A stretch of DNA of 64,000 nucleotides from assembly GCA_026770705.1 (NCBI GenBank), contig JANJGN010000038.1, positions 8,618,001-8,682,000 on the forward strand, in the 5' to 3' direction. The DNA is from Isurus oxyrinchus (lineage: Eukaryota). This document shows, piece by piece, positions 52,605-64,000 of the stretch (the stretch's first letter is position 1; every line of letters starts with the position of its first letter). Made by a program: the position numbers and the translations under genes. Below the pieces are notes generated by a model, which saw nothing but the letters and a program-made list of their open reading frames with translations, had not been told where the DNA came from and did no database searches.

Positions 52605-53565
52605 ACGTGATAAACGATATGCGTATCCCAATATACATGGATAAACCCGTTGTTTTCCATCTGATACTTCAGTTTGGTCGGAATTTTAAAGTGTGGGACG
52701 TACTCGGCCTACAAAAGCCCCAAGGTTGCAATGCATTCCCGTCAATCATCAATAACATCGTTCACATCTTCCCCTTCTTAGCTGCACCTCCTTCCAAATA
52801 CTGTGATCCATTTTCCTCAGGATTTTCTCCTGCATTTAATATTTGCCTGCTTTTTGTCCTCATTTTGAAATCAGATTCGCTTCAATATCCAACAGAAATT
52901 GAATTGCAAACCTGACAGGCAAACAATGGAAAACAAGTCGCTCGGTAACACAAACCCCATGGTGCTCATTTTCAGATTCACAACAGTCAGCTTTTCAATA
53001 AAATGAAGATATTTTACAGTGAAACATTTAGAAAATTGGTGTGACTTTTATTTGTAACTCACTCACTCGGGTATTCTGTAAATGCTGCTCGGAGGTTTAC
53101 TGATCGGGATATAATCTATCTGTGTTTTCCTGAGCCTGTGCTCGGTGTATTGGGAGGTTTGGCCCTGGTTGGAGTATCTTGTGTCCCAGGGATGGGCAGT
53201 AACCCGCTGATTGAAGCTGCAGTCGCTGCTTTCTGCTGGCAGCGGGTGATTGGAGAGTGCGGGGCTGGAATATTGCTGCTTTTCTGCTTTTCCCTATCTC
53301 ACTCACTGTGGAGCTGAGGAAGACTGAGTAATTGATGGATTCACTTCTTTCCAACAATTTCATGGATTTCTAGGGTCCAAATCTTTTCTCACTGTATTTG
53401 ACAGGAAACGTACTTTTAAAAAGAAGCTGTTTTTGTGGGAGCTGACTGGACAACAAAAGACCTGCCACCGTTTTGGGGATGATATCTTGCAGCCCAAGTA
53501 TCCAATCACAATCCAGAACTGTGTGGCAATGATTGGTGATGAGGGGGGAAACAGTAAAAACCTTC

Positions 53566-53639
53566 ACCCCCTGGGCAGTTTTAAATCACTAACCTTTCAG
53601 TTAACAGGCAAACATGCTAATCAATTGCGTCACAGACAC
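53566..53639 (-). pseudogene. tRNA-Asn(GTT) pseudogene
   Basis: Close paralogue of 38866-38939. Confidence 0.7.
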
Positions 53640-54319
53640 TTACACAAACCTAACCGACAAGGTATCCCAACCAGGTTGTCAGTGAGTCTAATCTTCAGAT
53701 TGCCACTACCCAGCTGGCCATTGCACTCTTTCAGTTTTATACTTCCAAAATAAAGGGTGAGACATTCATTGTGGATACATGGAAACAATCTGATCCCACC
53801 CACTGCAGACACACCCATGTTAGCGGGAATCAGCTCTCCTACAACCAGTGCCATTTCCCTTCGAGCCTTTCATTGTCTTGTCTGTTACCAAGTATTCTGA
53901 TTGTCCCCAAGCCGATATGAGGTTTGAATTCCTGATGTGCAGTAACGAGAATACTTTCACTGTCTGAGATCAGTTAATTTCACTGAGAACATCAGAGTCA
54001 ATGTTCTTAAAGAAGGGAAAGGTGCCTTGACTTTCTCTGGTTCACCCTTCATTCACATTGGTTTCCATTCCTCAAAGGGGATTTTCATTTCCTTCTTGAG
54101 CTCCCTGACCACTGGCAACATCTTTGGATTGAGAGGCTTAATTAACATTTCAGATGCAGTGCAGTTCTAATTAAAGGCTACAGACCTGAAATGAAAACGA
54201 TGTCTCTCTCTCCACAGACGCTACCAGATCTGCTGAGAATTCCAGCATTTTCTGTTTTTATTTCAGATAACCAGCATCTGCAGTGCTTTTCCTGATTAGG
54301 AAACATATAAGACCCTGAG

Positions 54320-54675
54320 TAGTACCTTGACAGGGCGGGTTTGAAGAGCATGTTACTTATTGTGGGAGAATCTAGAACTCGGGATCGCTGTTTAAAAATA
54401 AGGGTTCACCCATTTAAAACGGAGATGAGGCGATTTTTTTTTCTCTCAGTGGGTCGTGAAACTTATGAACACTCTTCCTGAAAAGGCTGTGGAAGCAGAG
54501 TCGTTAGATATTTTTAAGGCTGAAGTGGAAATATTCTTGGCAAGCAAGGATGTGACAGGTTATCGGAGATAGGTGGGGTACAGATTTCAGGTGACTATCA
54601 GATCAGCCATGATCTTATTAAATGGCGGAGCAGGATTGAGGGGCCGAATGGCTACTCCTGCTCCTTTTTCTTATG
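54320..54675 (+). mobile_element. CR1-type LINE 3' fragment
   Basis: ggagaatctagaac...tttaaaacggagatgagg...ggggccgaatggctactcctgctcct..tcttatg. Confidence 0.75.
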
Positions 54676-54744
54676 TAGTGCTAAGAATGTGGAACCCATT
54701 ACCAGTAGATTTTGAGATCATGTCTGAGCTGAAAATGTGTCGGT

Positions 54745-54910
54745 AAATTCACACTGTAAACAGATCGTTCACCATCTGGAATTGGAAAGGGATTCACTCT
54801 CATCCCATTTACTGACACAGGAACACAGTCTTGCTGGTGCAAGACCATTCAGATACTTCACATGTGCAAAGGGCTTTATTCAGTTTTCCCACAAGTTAAC
54901 ACGCCAACTT
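54745..54910 (+). pseudogene. Decayed C2H2 zinc-finger repeats
   Basis: GGAAAGGGATTCACTC.CATCCCATTTACTGACACA and AGACCATTCA...TGTGCAAAGGGCTTTATTCAG match finger codons of the 41109 ORF. Confidence 0.55.
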
Positions 54911-55259
54911 TATAAATTCAAAGGATTTGATCCACTATCAGAGAAATGATAATAGCATGACACGGTTTAACTGTTCCACGTATAGGGGGAAAAGTCACGA
55001 GCTCACCCCATCTGTTGAGACTGCATTGAGTTCAGATCTAACTATAGGATTATTATGTCCAGGCGAGAATTGTGATGGAGCTCTGATCAATTTGGCTGCT
55101 GCACAATTTAATTCAACAATTTTATGTCTTGCCCCTATGTCACCCATCGTATTCTGAATGCAGGACATGGGTTTCTGTTCTATAATATGGTCTTTCAATG
55201 GCGGAGCGGAGGCCCAGGTTTCACTGCGAGACAGAATGTACCCGATCCTCACTCCAGCA

Positions 55260-55910
55260 GCTCACTGCGCATGCGCGTTTTTGCGTGTGGTGGGGCATGC
55301 GCATTTCGTTGTTTCATGAGCATGCGCAGTGCTTGTCTGTGACTGGAGCTCCTCAGAGCGGGTGAGAGAATGTCGAGCGGAGCAAACTAACAGAGTTAGT
55401 GTGTGTGTGTGTGAGGAGGAATGGAGCCAGCGGAGTGGGCAGGGAGGCTTCATAAAGACATAGTGCAGGCCTCAGACTCTAAATAACAAGGTGCCGGTCT
55501 TGTGTTTGCAGAGAACGGGCCTAAAAAGTCTGGATTTCTCCCTTCGGCAGTTGCTGGGTAACGGCCGCCATCTTTATAGGGGGCAATGTGCTGCAGGGCG
55601 CATGCGCGGTAATGCTGGTCCAGGTAGCAGGAGGAGAGAATGTTATGAATTTCTAACCTGGACTGACAGGGATGGATTTTGGAAACTCCTTTTGCAGGGG
55701 GTTAGAAGCAAACTCAAACCAAGAGAAATGTTTGTCTCTTCTCAATTTATGTTCGGGATTGACAATGATGGATTTTGTGAACTCTATTTACAGGGTGTTA
55801 GAAGAGGAGGGCAAACTCGAGGGAGATGAGAAACCAAAATCAAACATCACATCAAAATCTTAAAGTCACTTGTTTGGCCAGGACCTGAATATCATCACCC
55901 TTTGAATGTA
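55260..55910 (+). promoter_or_regulatory. ZNF-type promoter and 5' exons with no finger array following
   Basis: GCGCATGCGC-type (NRF1-like) motifs at about 55267, 55295, 55320 and 55598, and CCGCCATCTT (YY1-like) at 55565. 55790-55908 is homologous to the start of the ZNF exon at 40767-40876 and is then cut by an antisense CR1 piece. Confidence 0.65.
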
Positions 55911-56259
55911 AGCTTTGAGTTCCAGGTCATTACCAGTCACTGGGTAAAAAAAAAACTTTTCCTGGCATCCCCCTTGTGGAACTTACCCAAAATCTTAAAC
56001 CTCTGTCCCTTAATCCTTTCATAATCAGCTAATGGAGCAGCTTTTATTTAACTACCTTTCTTAATCCTGTACCCCTCTATCAAATCTTCCCTCAATCTCC
56101 TTTACTCTAAGGAGAACAACCCGTTTCTTGAACCTCATCTTACAGTTGAAACCCCTCATCTCTTGAACCATTCTGGTTAATCTCCTCTGTACCCTTACAT
56201 CCTTCACAATGTGTGGTGATCACTAGTTTGCACAGACCCAGATGTTCTGTGTTTGTGCC

Positions 56260-56330
56260 TGTGACATCATCACACATCAACAATTACACTGTGACATCAT
56301 CACACATCGACAATTACACGGTGACTTCAC
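56260..56330. repeat. 30-bp tandem repeat containing TGACATCA
   Basis: GTGACATCATCACACATCRACAATTACACK, about 2.3 copies. Confidence 0.85.
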
Positions 56331-56877
56331 TCGGCTCCCCGGGTATTTCCTCAACTGGGAGATTTTTCTCTGACTCCAGTGTTTCTGATATCTTTCCAGC
56401 TGCAGGCTCCAGCAGGAGAGTTTAAAGTTGAAAACTGAAATTGTTTTAGAGTTGACTGTTTTTCACCATCCACCTACAATTTAGAGCATGTAGTTCTATG
56501 CTGTGTATCTGTGAGAGGTTCCATTTCTCCGGGGCTGGTGTGGCTCCTTTACTGTGGATCTGAATCCGTGTCCAGCCATTGCTCTGTTTCACTCTGCCCT
56601 CCTTGATCACCTCTCTGCCATTTTTTAATTTCCCCTGTCTCTAATAATGGATGTATTTGAGTTATGTTTAGCATTTTACTGTTACTTCTGTCGACTGTGT
56701 CTAAATGATGTTTCCACCGATGCTCATCCCCTGACCATGTGCCTCTGGCTTCCCAGCTTTATCTTCCCACAGTATCTTTCACAGTCAGGAATTGTTTTTC
56801 CTGCACTATTGTCCATTTCTCTTCCACTTCTGAGCTTATATTGACCATCAAATTCTGCACCATTTTTACTCCCTGAG

Positions 56878-57195
56878 AGGAGGCGATGGTGTAATGGTAT
56901 TGTCACTGGACGAGAAACCTAGAGACCCAGGGCAATATCCCGGGGACCCGGATTCAAATCCTGTCATGGCAGATGGTGGAATTCCAATTCTATGGAAAAA
57001 ATCTAGAATTAAAAGTCTAATGATGACCAACGATGATTGTCGTAAAAACCCACTTGGATCACTCACGCCCTTTAGGGAAGGAAATCTGCCGTCCTTAGTC
57101 TTGGCCTGCATGTGACTCCAGACCACAGCAGTGGTTGACTTTTAACTGCCCTCTGAATGCCGGCCTGAGTGATGCCCACGTGAATTTAAAAAAAT
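56878..57195 (+). mobile_element. tRNA-derived SINE
   Basis: A-box-like TGGTGTAATGG, B-box-like GGATTCAAATCC, central core and an A-rich end sharing the GCCCACGT...GAAT tail with the 13420 element. Confidence 0.75.
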
Positions 57196-58719
57196 CATTC
57201 TGCACACCTTGAAATGTTAACTCTGTCTCTCTCCACAGATACCAGCATCTATTGTGATCCCCAGTTGCCTGTGGAGAAGATGATGTTTGACCTTCTTGAA
57301 CCGCTGCAGTCCGTGTGGTGAAGGTGCTCCCACAATGCTGTTAGGTAAGGAGTTACAGGTTATTCACCCTGTGATGATGAAGGAACAGTGATATATGTCC
57401 AAATCAGCAACAACAATGTGTATTTATATGGCACTTTCAGTGTAAGACAATGTTCCAAGCATTTCACAGAAGGTTAAAAGCAAGGTTTGACACTGAGCCA
57501 AACAAGGATATATTGGGGCAGGTGACCAAACGTTTGGTCAAAGAGGTAGGTTTTAAGGAGTGTCTTAAAGGAGAAAAATGAGGTTGAGAGGAAGAGAGGT
57601 TTGGGGAGAAAATTCCAGAGCTTGGGACCATGGAAACTGACAGAATGCTCAGCAGGTCAGAACTAAAGGAGCACAAACATCTCAGAGGGTTGTGAGGCTG
57701 GATTACAGTGATAGGGAGGGGCGAGACCAACATGGAATTTCAACAAGTGGATGAGAATTTTAAAATGTAGGTGCTTCTTATCCTAGATCCTTTGTAGGTC
57801 AGTGAGCACATGGGTGATAGGTGAACAAGACTTGGTGCGAGTAAGCACACGGGCAGCAGAGTTTTGGATGACCTCAAAGTTGCAGGGAGTTTGAAAGTGG
57901 GAGACCAGCCGGGAGTGGGTCAGACAGGTCAGGACGGTGTGTGACTTGGAGGGGAACTTGGAGATGATGATGCTCACAAACACCTGCTACCCTGGTCCTT
58001 CTGGGGGTTTGGGTTGAGGGATTGGAAGATTCTGTCAAAGTTCAGCTTATGTTATAGATATAAATAATCCATCTCCTTCGCCTCCTGCTCTATCTACCTC
58101 TTTCTCTCTCACTCACTCTTTCTATAGAGGCCAGTGTCGATCCAGACTGGGTGGCAGGTTCCCTTCCCTGAAGGACATTAGTGACCCAGTTGAGTGTTTA
58201 TGGCAATCTTGCAATTTTCATGGTCACTTTTTCTTCGTGCCGGCCCCACAAATTCCCAGATTCATTCAGCTCACACACCGAACTCTTCAGTCAGGAGAGG
58301 ACCCACAGGAAATGATTAAATCATTTACAGTTTGGGCACTTGAATAGTGAGGAGTCTACCCCAACATCATCCCTGTCCTCTGGATTGGGGAACTATACTC
58401 TGTCTGTATTACTGCGGTGCTGTTAATAAAGTCAGCGTCAGACAATCTGTTGTGAGCTTGATTATCTGGTGCCTGAATCCACAAGATTCATCATTTAGAG
58501 TCAACAAGCTGAACAAGGAAACATATCACAGCCCAAAACTCCAGCTTGATATTCACAGGAGAAAGTCTGTTATCGAACACCTCAAATGGACAGAACAGAG
58601 AAAGATCCCAACTGGAAGAAACCCTCGAATCATTTGTAAATATCTTTCAAATGCTGAGAGATGCCAGCTGTCAGTTTCCATCACATTGAAGTTAATGGAA
58701 GGTGAGAGCGCAGTTATTC

Positions 58720-59282
58720 CAGAACTATAAAAAAACACTAGTTAGAGCACAGCTAGAGTACTGAGTCCAGTTGTAGTCAGCGCATTACAGGAAGGATGTG
58801 TTCACACTGGAGCGGGCACAGAAGAGATTTACCTTGATGTTGCCAGGACTAGAGAATTTTTGCTCTGAGCAAAGATTGAAGAGGCTGGGATTGTTTTCGT
58901 TGGGACAGGGGAGGAAGAGGGGAGATTTAATTTAAGTGTAAAAATTATGAGGGTCCCAGATAGGAAGGACCTATTTCATTTATAGAGGTCTGAACCAAGA
59001 GGATAGAGATTTAAAGTAATTAGTGGAAGGATTAGAGTGGAGTTCAATAATGCTTTTACCCAGAGGGTGGTGAGTCTTGGAACCTACTGACTGACAGGGT
59101 GGTAGAGGCAGAAACACACAGATTTAAAAAGTACTGGGATATACACTGGATGTGCTGTAACCTACAGGATTACGGACCAAGAGCTGGGAAGCGGGATGAT
59201 ACTGGATTGCTCATTTTCAGACAGTACAGACATGACGGGCTGAATGGCCTCCTTTGTGCTATAATTTCTATGATTCTGTGGT
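58720..59282 (+). mobile_element. CR1-type LINE 3' fragment
   Basis: YKKTLVRAQLEY..Q...HYRKDV..LERAQKRF and a typical 3' tail. Confidence 0.8.
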
Positions 59283-59739
59283 GACAAGTGGCCCTCGTGT
59301 TTTTATCTGAGACAGGCCTCAGCCCAGTCATTTGCCCCGAGTGTCGATGTGATGGTTCAAGCTAAGAGATGCCGGGTACTGGGAGCAGCAGGAACAATAA
59401 ATCAAACCGAGGTGTCAGTAAATACTGATATAGTTTATTTGTATCTAGTTCCATTTTTATATGTTCTGTTGAATGTGGCCCTCGCCCAGTGTCAGGATAT
59501 TGGATCAGAGCCACCATGGAAAATGAATTTGACACCAGTGAGATAGACAATGTCAACCGGATCCTCAGAATCTCTGTAACCTCCTCCAGCCCCACAACCC
59601 TTCCTGTAAATACAAGGTGTTGTTCTTGGATTACACCCTGAGATAGACAATGTCTTTATATTTTAACCTTTATTCTTCAGGTAAAGTATCTTTCTTCAGG
59701 CTGTTCTCAAGGTTGTGCAAGATGAAACCAAACAATGAT

Positions 59740-60040
59740 TTATTTGTACTTCTTGCAGTTTAGTTACTGTATTCATTGCTGATGATGCGGTCTGCTCTAC
59801 ATTGGGGAGACCAACACAGATTGGGTGATCACTTTGTGGAACAACCTCCATTCAGTCTGTGAGCTTAATCCTGACTTGTCATTTTAATTTTCCGCCTCAC
59901 TCTCACTCTGACCTCTCTGTCCTTGGCCTCCTGCACTGTTCCAATGAAGCTCCATCAGTGCTCGAGGAACAGCAGCTCATCTTTCAATTCAGCACTTTAC
60001 AACCTTCCGGACTGAACATCGAGTTCAGCAGTTTCTGCAT
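59740..60040 (+). mobile_element. Penelope-like GIY-YIG fragment
   Basis: LYIGET...LGDHFVE and LEEQQLIFQFSTLQPSGLNIEFSSF. Confidence 0.8.
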
Positions 60041-60639
60041 CAACAGAGAGTTTTCAGGATCTGGAACATTCTACCTGAAAAGGTGCTGGAACCTGAATCT
60101 ATCATGAATTTTAAAAGGGAGTTGACAGGGATTTGGGATTGAGGAACTTACAGGGTTACAAACAGAAAGTGGGTGTGTGGGACTAAACATGGCAGCTCTT
60201 TCAAAGAGGCAGCACAAGCACAAAGGGTTGAATGGCCTCCTTCTGTGCTCTACCTTTCGATGATTCTGGGAGTTGGCCATTTAGCCCCTCGAGTTTGTCC
60301 ACCATGTAATCAGATCACGGCTGACCTGTGACCCTTCATCTCATGTCCTTTAATTTATACCTTGTGTTAGGAAGGATCTAGCAATGCCAGATTGAAAATG
60401 AACATTGATCAAGCATGAACTGCTAATTCAGGAGGAGAATTCCCAACTTTCCCTGGAGAAGATTTTCCTAATCTCACTCCTGAAAGGTCTGGTTCTAATT
60501 TTTAGACCATGTTCCTCAGTCCTGGATTCCCCAACCAATGGAAATAGTTCCCCACTATCTACCACGCCATTTCCAATTAATATCATGAAAACTTCGAGAA
60601 AATCCTCCGCAATCTTCTAAATTCAAGGGAATACAAACC

Positions 60640-61420
60640 TCACAGTGAGATGATGAATATTGGCAGAATGAATAGGGCACTCAATGGTACAGTCCAAAAG
60701 GGTGTGTAGGAACTGGGGGGAACCAGGGGGTTAATGTGCATACACATTTGGAGGTGAAAGGACATAATGAGAGAGCAGTTCGCAAAATATATGAGATCCT
60801 GGGTTTCATAAGCAGATTTAATCTGTATAAACACAGGGGAAAATAGCTGACCCGTTCTAAAGCTCTGGTTAGGTCACAACAGGAGTATTGCATCCAGTTC
60901 TGGTCTCCACACCTTAGGAAAGGGGTGAGGGTCCTTGAGAGGATGCGGAGGAGATTTACCAGAATGGTTCCAGGAAAAAAGGGAATTCGGTTACAAAGTG
61001 AGATTGGAGAAGCTGAAGTTGTTCTTCTTGGAGTTACAGAGTTGAGGGGAGATTTGTTAGAGGTGAACAAGATTGTGACAGGTTCAGATAAGGTGGACAA
61101 AGAAAATGTTGTTTCCAATTGGTGATGGTACAAGGATTAGGGGGACACAGATTGAAGGTTATGGGCAATAGATACAGGGCAAATGCAGGGAGGAACATTT
61201 TACACAACAAGTGGTAATAACCCCGAACTCTCGCCTACGAGCAGGCTGGAAGCAGACATAATCAACGCTTTAAAATTAAATTGGATCAGCATTTAAGAGA
61301 AATAAACATGCAGGGAGTTGAAGACACAGCGGGGCAATGAGACAGACTGGATTGCTCTACAGAGAGCTGGCATGGACTCAATGGGCTGAATGGCCTCTTT
61401 CTGTGCTGCATTGACTCTGA
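60640..61420 (+). mobile_element. CR1-type LINE RT C-terminus and tail
   Basis: QEYCIQFWSPHLRKGVRVLERMRRRFTRMVPG...LRGDLLEVNKI. Confidence 0.85.
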
Positions 61421-61684
61421 AGCATTTGTTTGACCTCTCCTCATAATTTAACCGTTGGAATCCAGGTGTTATTCAGGTACATCTGCACTCCACTCCCACT
61501 AAGGCCAATATAGTTAATCCTTCCTAAGGTGCTGCCCAGAACTGAACACTGTATTGCTGTTCTGATGAAAGGTCATGTTGACCTGAAACGATAACTATGT
61601 TTCTCTCCACAGATGCTGCCAGACCTGCTGAGCACTTCCAGCAGTTTTTATTTTTATTACAGTGGTTTAGGTGCAGTCTAACCA

Positions 61685-61850
61685 GGATTTCGAAAATCTC
61701 GGATCTTCTCCCACAAACAGAACAGACAAACCTTTTTCCTTCCACAGTCAAAGTCATTTAGATCCTGATGACTCAAGTGACCTGTCAGACCTTGATGTGA
61801 TGTTTGGTTTGAGTTTCCCCATCTGCAAATCCTTCCCATTGGAAATCCTG
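61685..61850 (-). pseudogene. Truncated ZNF exon start on the minus strand
   Basis: The reverse complement matches 40770-40910 (GGAAACTCAAACCAAACATCACATCAAG). It reads VEGKRFVCSVCGR and is then interrupted by repeats. Confidence 0.65.
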
Positions 61851-62139
61851 TAAAAAGATTATAAAAAAATTCCCTGTCAGTCAGGGGTAGAAATTGAGAA
61901 GAGACAATTATTTCTCTTGGTTTGAGTTTACTGTGTGTAAATCCTCCCCTTCTAACCCTCTGGAAAAGGAGTTTCCAAACACTCGGTGTGAACTCGGCTC
62001 CGGGAGTTTCTAATCTGGGTTTGGAGTCCTACCCCAGGGGTTTGTGAACCCTCCCAGTCCACCCTCCGGCCCCATTCCTCTCCTGCACTCGGCCCTTTCT
62101 CACCAGCTGTACTGTCACCCGACCGCTTTCATCCTAGTT

Positions 62140-62640
62140 CCGCACAGGTACTGCGCATGCTTCAATGCAAGACCGGCCACGCCCCTCATTCACTCCGATT
62201 GGTCGGAGGACCAGCCGCTCACACGCTATCCTCCAGGCCCGCCCCCTCTTCCTATTGGTCCGGAGCCGCCGTCAATCATTGTGAGCTGAAGCATGTGCAG
62301 AGCGTGAAGTGAGACGTGAGGAGAGCTCGAGCGAGCGGATTTGAAATGTGGGATTTACAAAGACCGAGTGTGGACTGAGGACGGGGAAAAAAACCCGTGA
62401 GCATAGATAGGGTCGGCGGGTAAGTCGGGAGGCTTTATGGATTCACGGTCTCTGTCCTAAACCCTCAATAAGGAACCATCCGTCCAACCACAGATTAGGC
62501 TCTTTCTCCGGAAGTAGGCCCAAGATAACGGCTGCCATTTTGTCGGGGGCAAGCAGCAGCAGAGCGCATGTGCGGTCACCATCTTTGTAGGGGGCAATGT
62601 CCAACAGGGAGCATGCGTGGCCGCCATCTTTACAGAGGCT
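62140..62640. promoter_or_regulatory. CpG-richer, probably bidirectional ZNF promoter
   Basis: TGCGCATGC at 62152, CCACGCCC at 62177, ATTGG at 62198 and 62254, CCGCCC at 62239, three CCAT(C/T)TT YY1-like sites at 62531-62631, and a candidate exon-1 donor CC|GTGAGC at about 62396. Confidence 0.7.
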
Positions 62641-64000
62641 GCAGACCCGGATGAATGACCCGCAGGAGGGACAATAAATCAGAGATAGAGTTTGGTGTGA
62701 AATCAATGGGTTGTTGTAAAACAGGAGATCAGGGTAACAGTCAGAAACAACAACAACTTCTATTAACATCATACATCATCCCAGTGAGCTTCACAGGGAA
62801 ATTATAAAACAAAGTGTGACATCCAGACACACAAAGAGGTGTCCAAAATACTTAAACAGTCGCTTGGTTGTAAAAAATTTGATCATTACTGAAAAAAGAG
62901 ACAAGCTGTCAAAGCTTTTCGACTTGCACTCACCAGGACATCCACAAGAATCCCAAATTTCAAAGGGAACAACAATTTCTACTGCATGAGAAAAGGGTGC
63001 AGATTGTTTGGCCCGTCAGCTCTGATTGGTTGTTGCCACAGAGAACACGGCCAGGAGCTGTCATCCTCTGTGCTTTTGTTTAATTCCACAATAGGCCCCG
63101 TGCCTGGACTTGTTCCTTCTGCCTGCAGAGGACAGGCCCCTGTGGATGAACATATGTAGCTTCTAGCAAGTGTAAGTCAGCCACATTATGAGCCCGACTG
63201 ATAATTTTTGAAATTTAGTATTCTTCCCTCTATCCTGATGAGTACAAGATAAAACGTTTTGACAAAATGTCTTTTTTTATTAATACTCAATTGTCTTAAA
63301 GGGGGAAAGTGTGGTAGACAGAGGGAGAGAATCTCAGAGCTTGGGGTCAAGGGAACTGAAGGCACGGACGCTGATGGTGGAGCAATTAAAACAGGGAATG
63401 CTAGAATTAGAGCTGTGCAGATACCATAGAGGGTTGTGCAGGAGATTGCTGAGATTGGGAGAGAGGAGGCCATGGGAGGATTTGAAAACAAGACTGAGAA
63501 TTTTAAAATCAAGTTGCTGCTTGAACGGGAGCCAAGAAAGGTCAGGGAATGGGCCTAGCTGTGAGTGAAGACACAGACAGGAAAAATATGGATGTCTTCA
63601 CGGTTACGGAGGGTAGAATGTTGGAGACCAGCCAGGAGTGTGTTGGAATGGTCGAGTCTGGAGTTAAAAATGGCAGTGATGAGGGTTTCAGCAGCAGATG
63701 AGACACTCCTGAGACAGGGGTGAAGTCAGGTGATATTACGGAGGTGGAAACAGGCAATCTTAGTGATAGCACAGACATGAGGTCAGCAACTCATTTCGAG
63801 ATCAAATGTGACACTGAGGTTGTGAACAGACTGGTTTAATCTCAGACTGTTCTCAGGGAGAGGGATGGAGTTGGTATCTGGGAAATGGAGATTGGAGCAG
63901 GGACCGAAAACTGTGTCTTCAGTCTTCTCAGTGTTTAATTGGAGTTAATTAATCATCAGGAAGAGAAACAGGAACCAGAATGGGTCATGAGACTGATCCC

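Noticed and set aside
58520-58700. Possible exon ending at GAAG|GTGAGA
   Set aside because: No recognisable product, no clear acceptor and no partner exon.

Overview
Vertebrate genomic DNA, almost certainly a cartilaginous fish (shark). Bases 1-12.3 kb hold the 3' half of an IgM heavy-chain gene on the + strand: end of Cmu1, Cmu2, Cmu3, Cmu4 with secretory tailpiece, TM1 and TM2. All splice phases are compatible. The introns contain a decayed CR1 LINE and a ~4 kb CA-rich tract with two assembly gaps. A cryptic, highly diverged 27-bp array follows at 14.66-15.96 kb. From ~16 to 54 kb lies a scrambled, repeatedly duplicated and inverted tRNA cluster of only seven isotypes (Ser, Val, Glu, Lys, Asn, Thr, Leu). 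It has three canonical genes, three near-intact variants and about 30 decaying copies. Interleaved are a 12-finger C2H2 zinc-finger ORF, ZNF promoter and exon fragments, CR1/L2 LINEs, SINEs and Penelope-like elements. The most notable observations are: (1) a 235-bp perfect-palindrome Penelope-derived insertion with a 13-bp TSD, an empty paralogous site in the same window and hammerhead-ribozyme-like cores; (2) complementary survival of different tRNAs in different copies of a 3.6-kb unit; (3) a minisatellite-built CRE/ATF-like promoter in front of an unidentified spliced ORF; (4) the 27-bp array. All calls were made by eye without database searches, and the coordinates of decayed elements are approximate.
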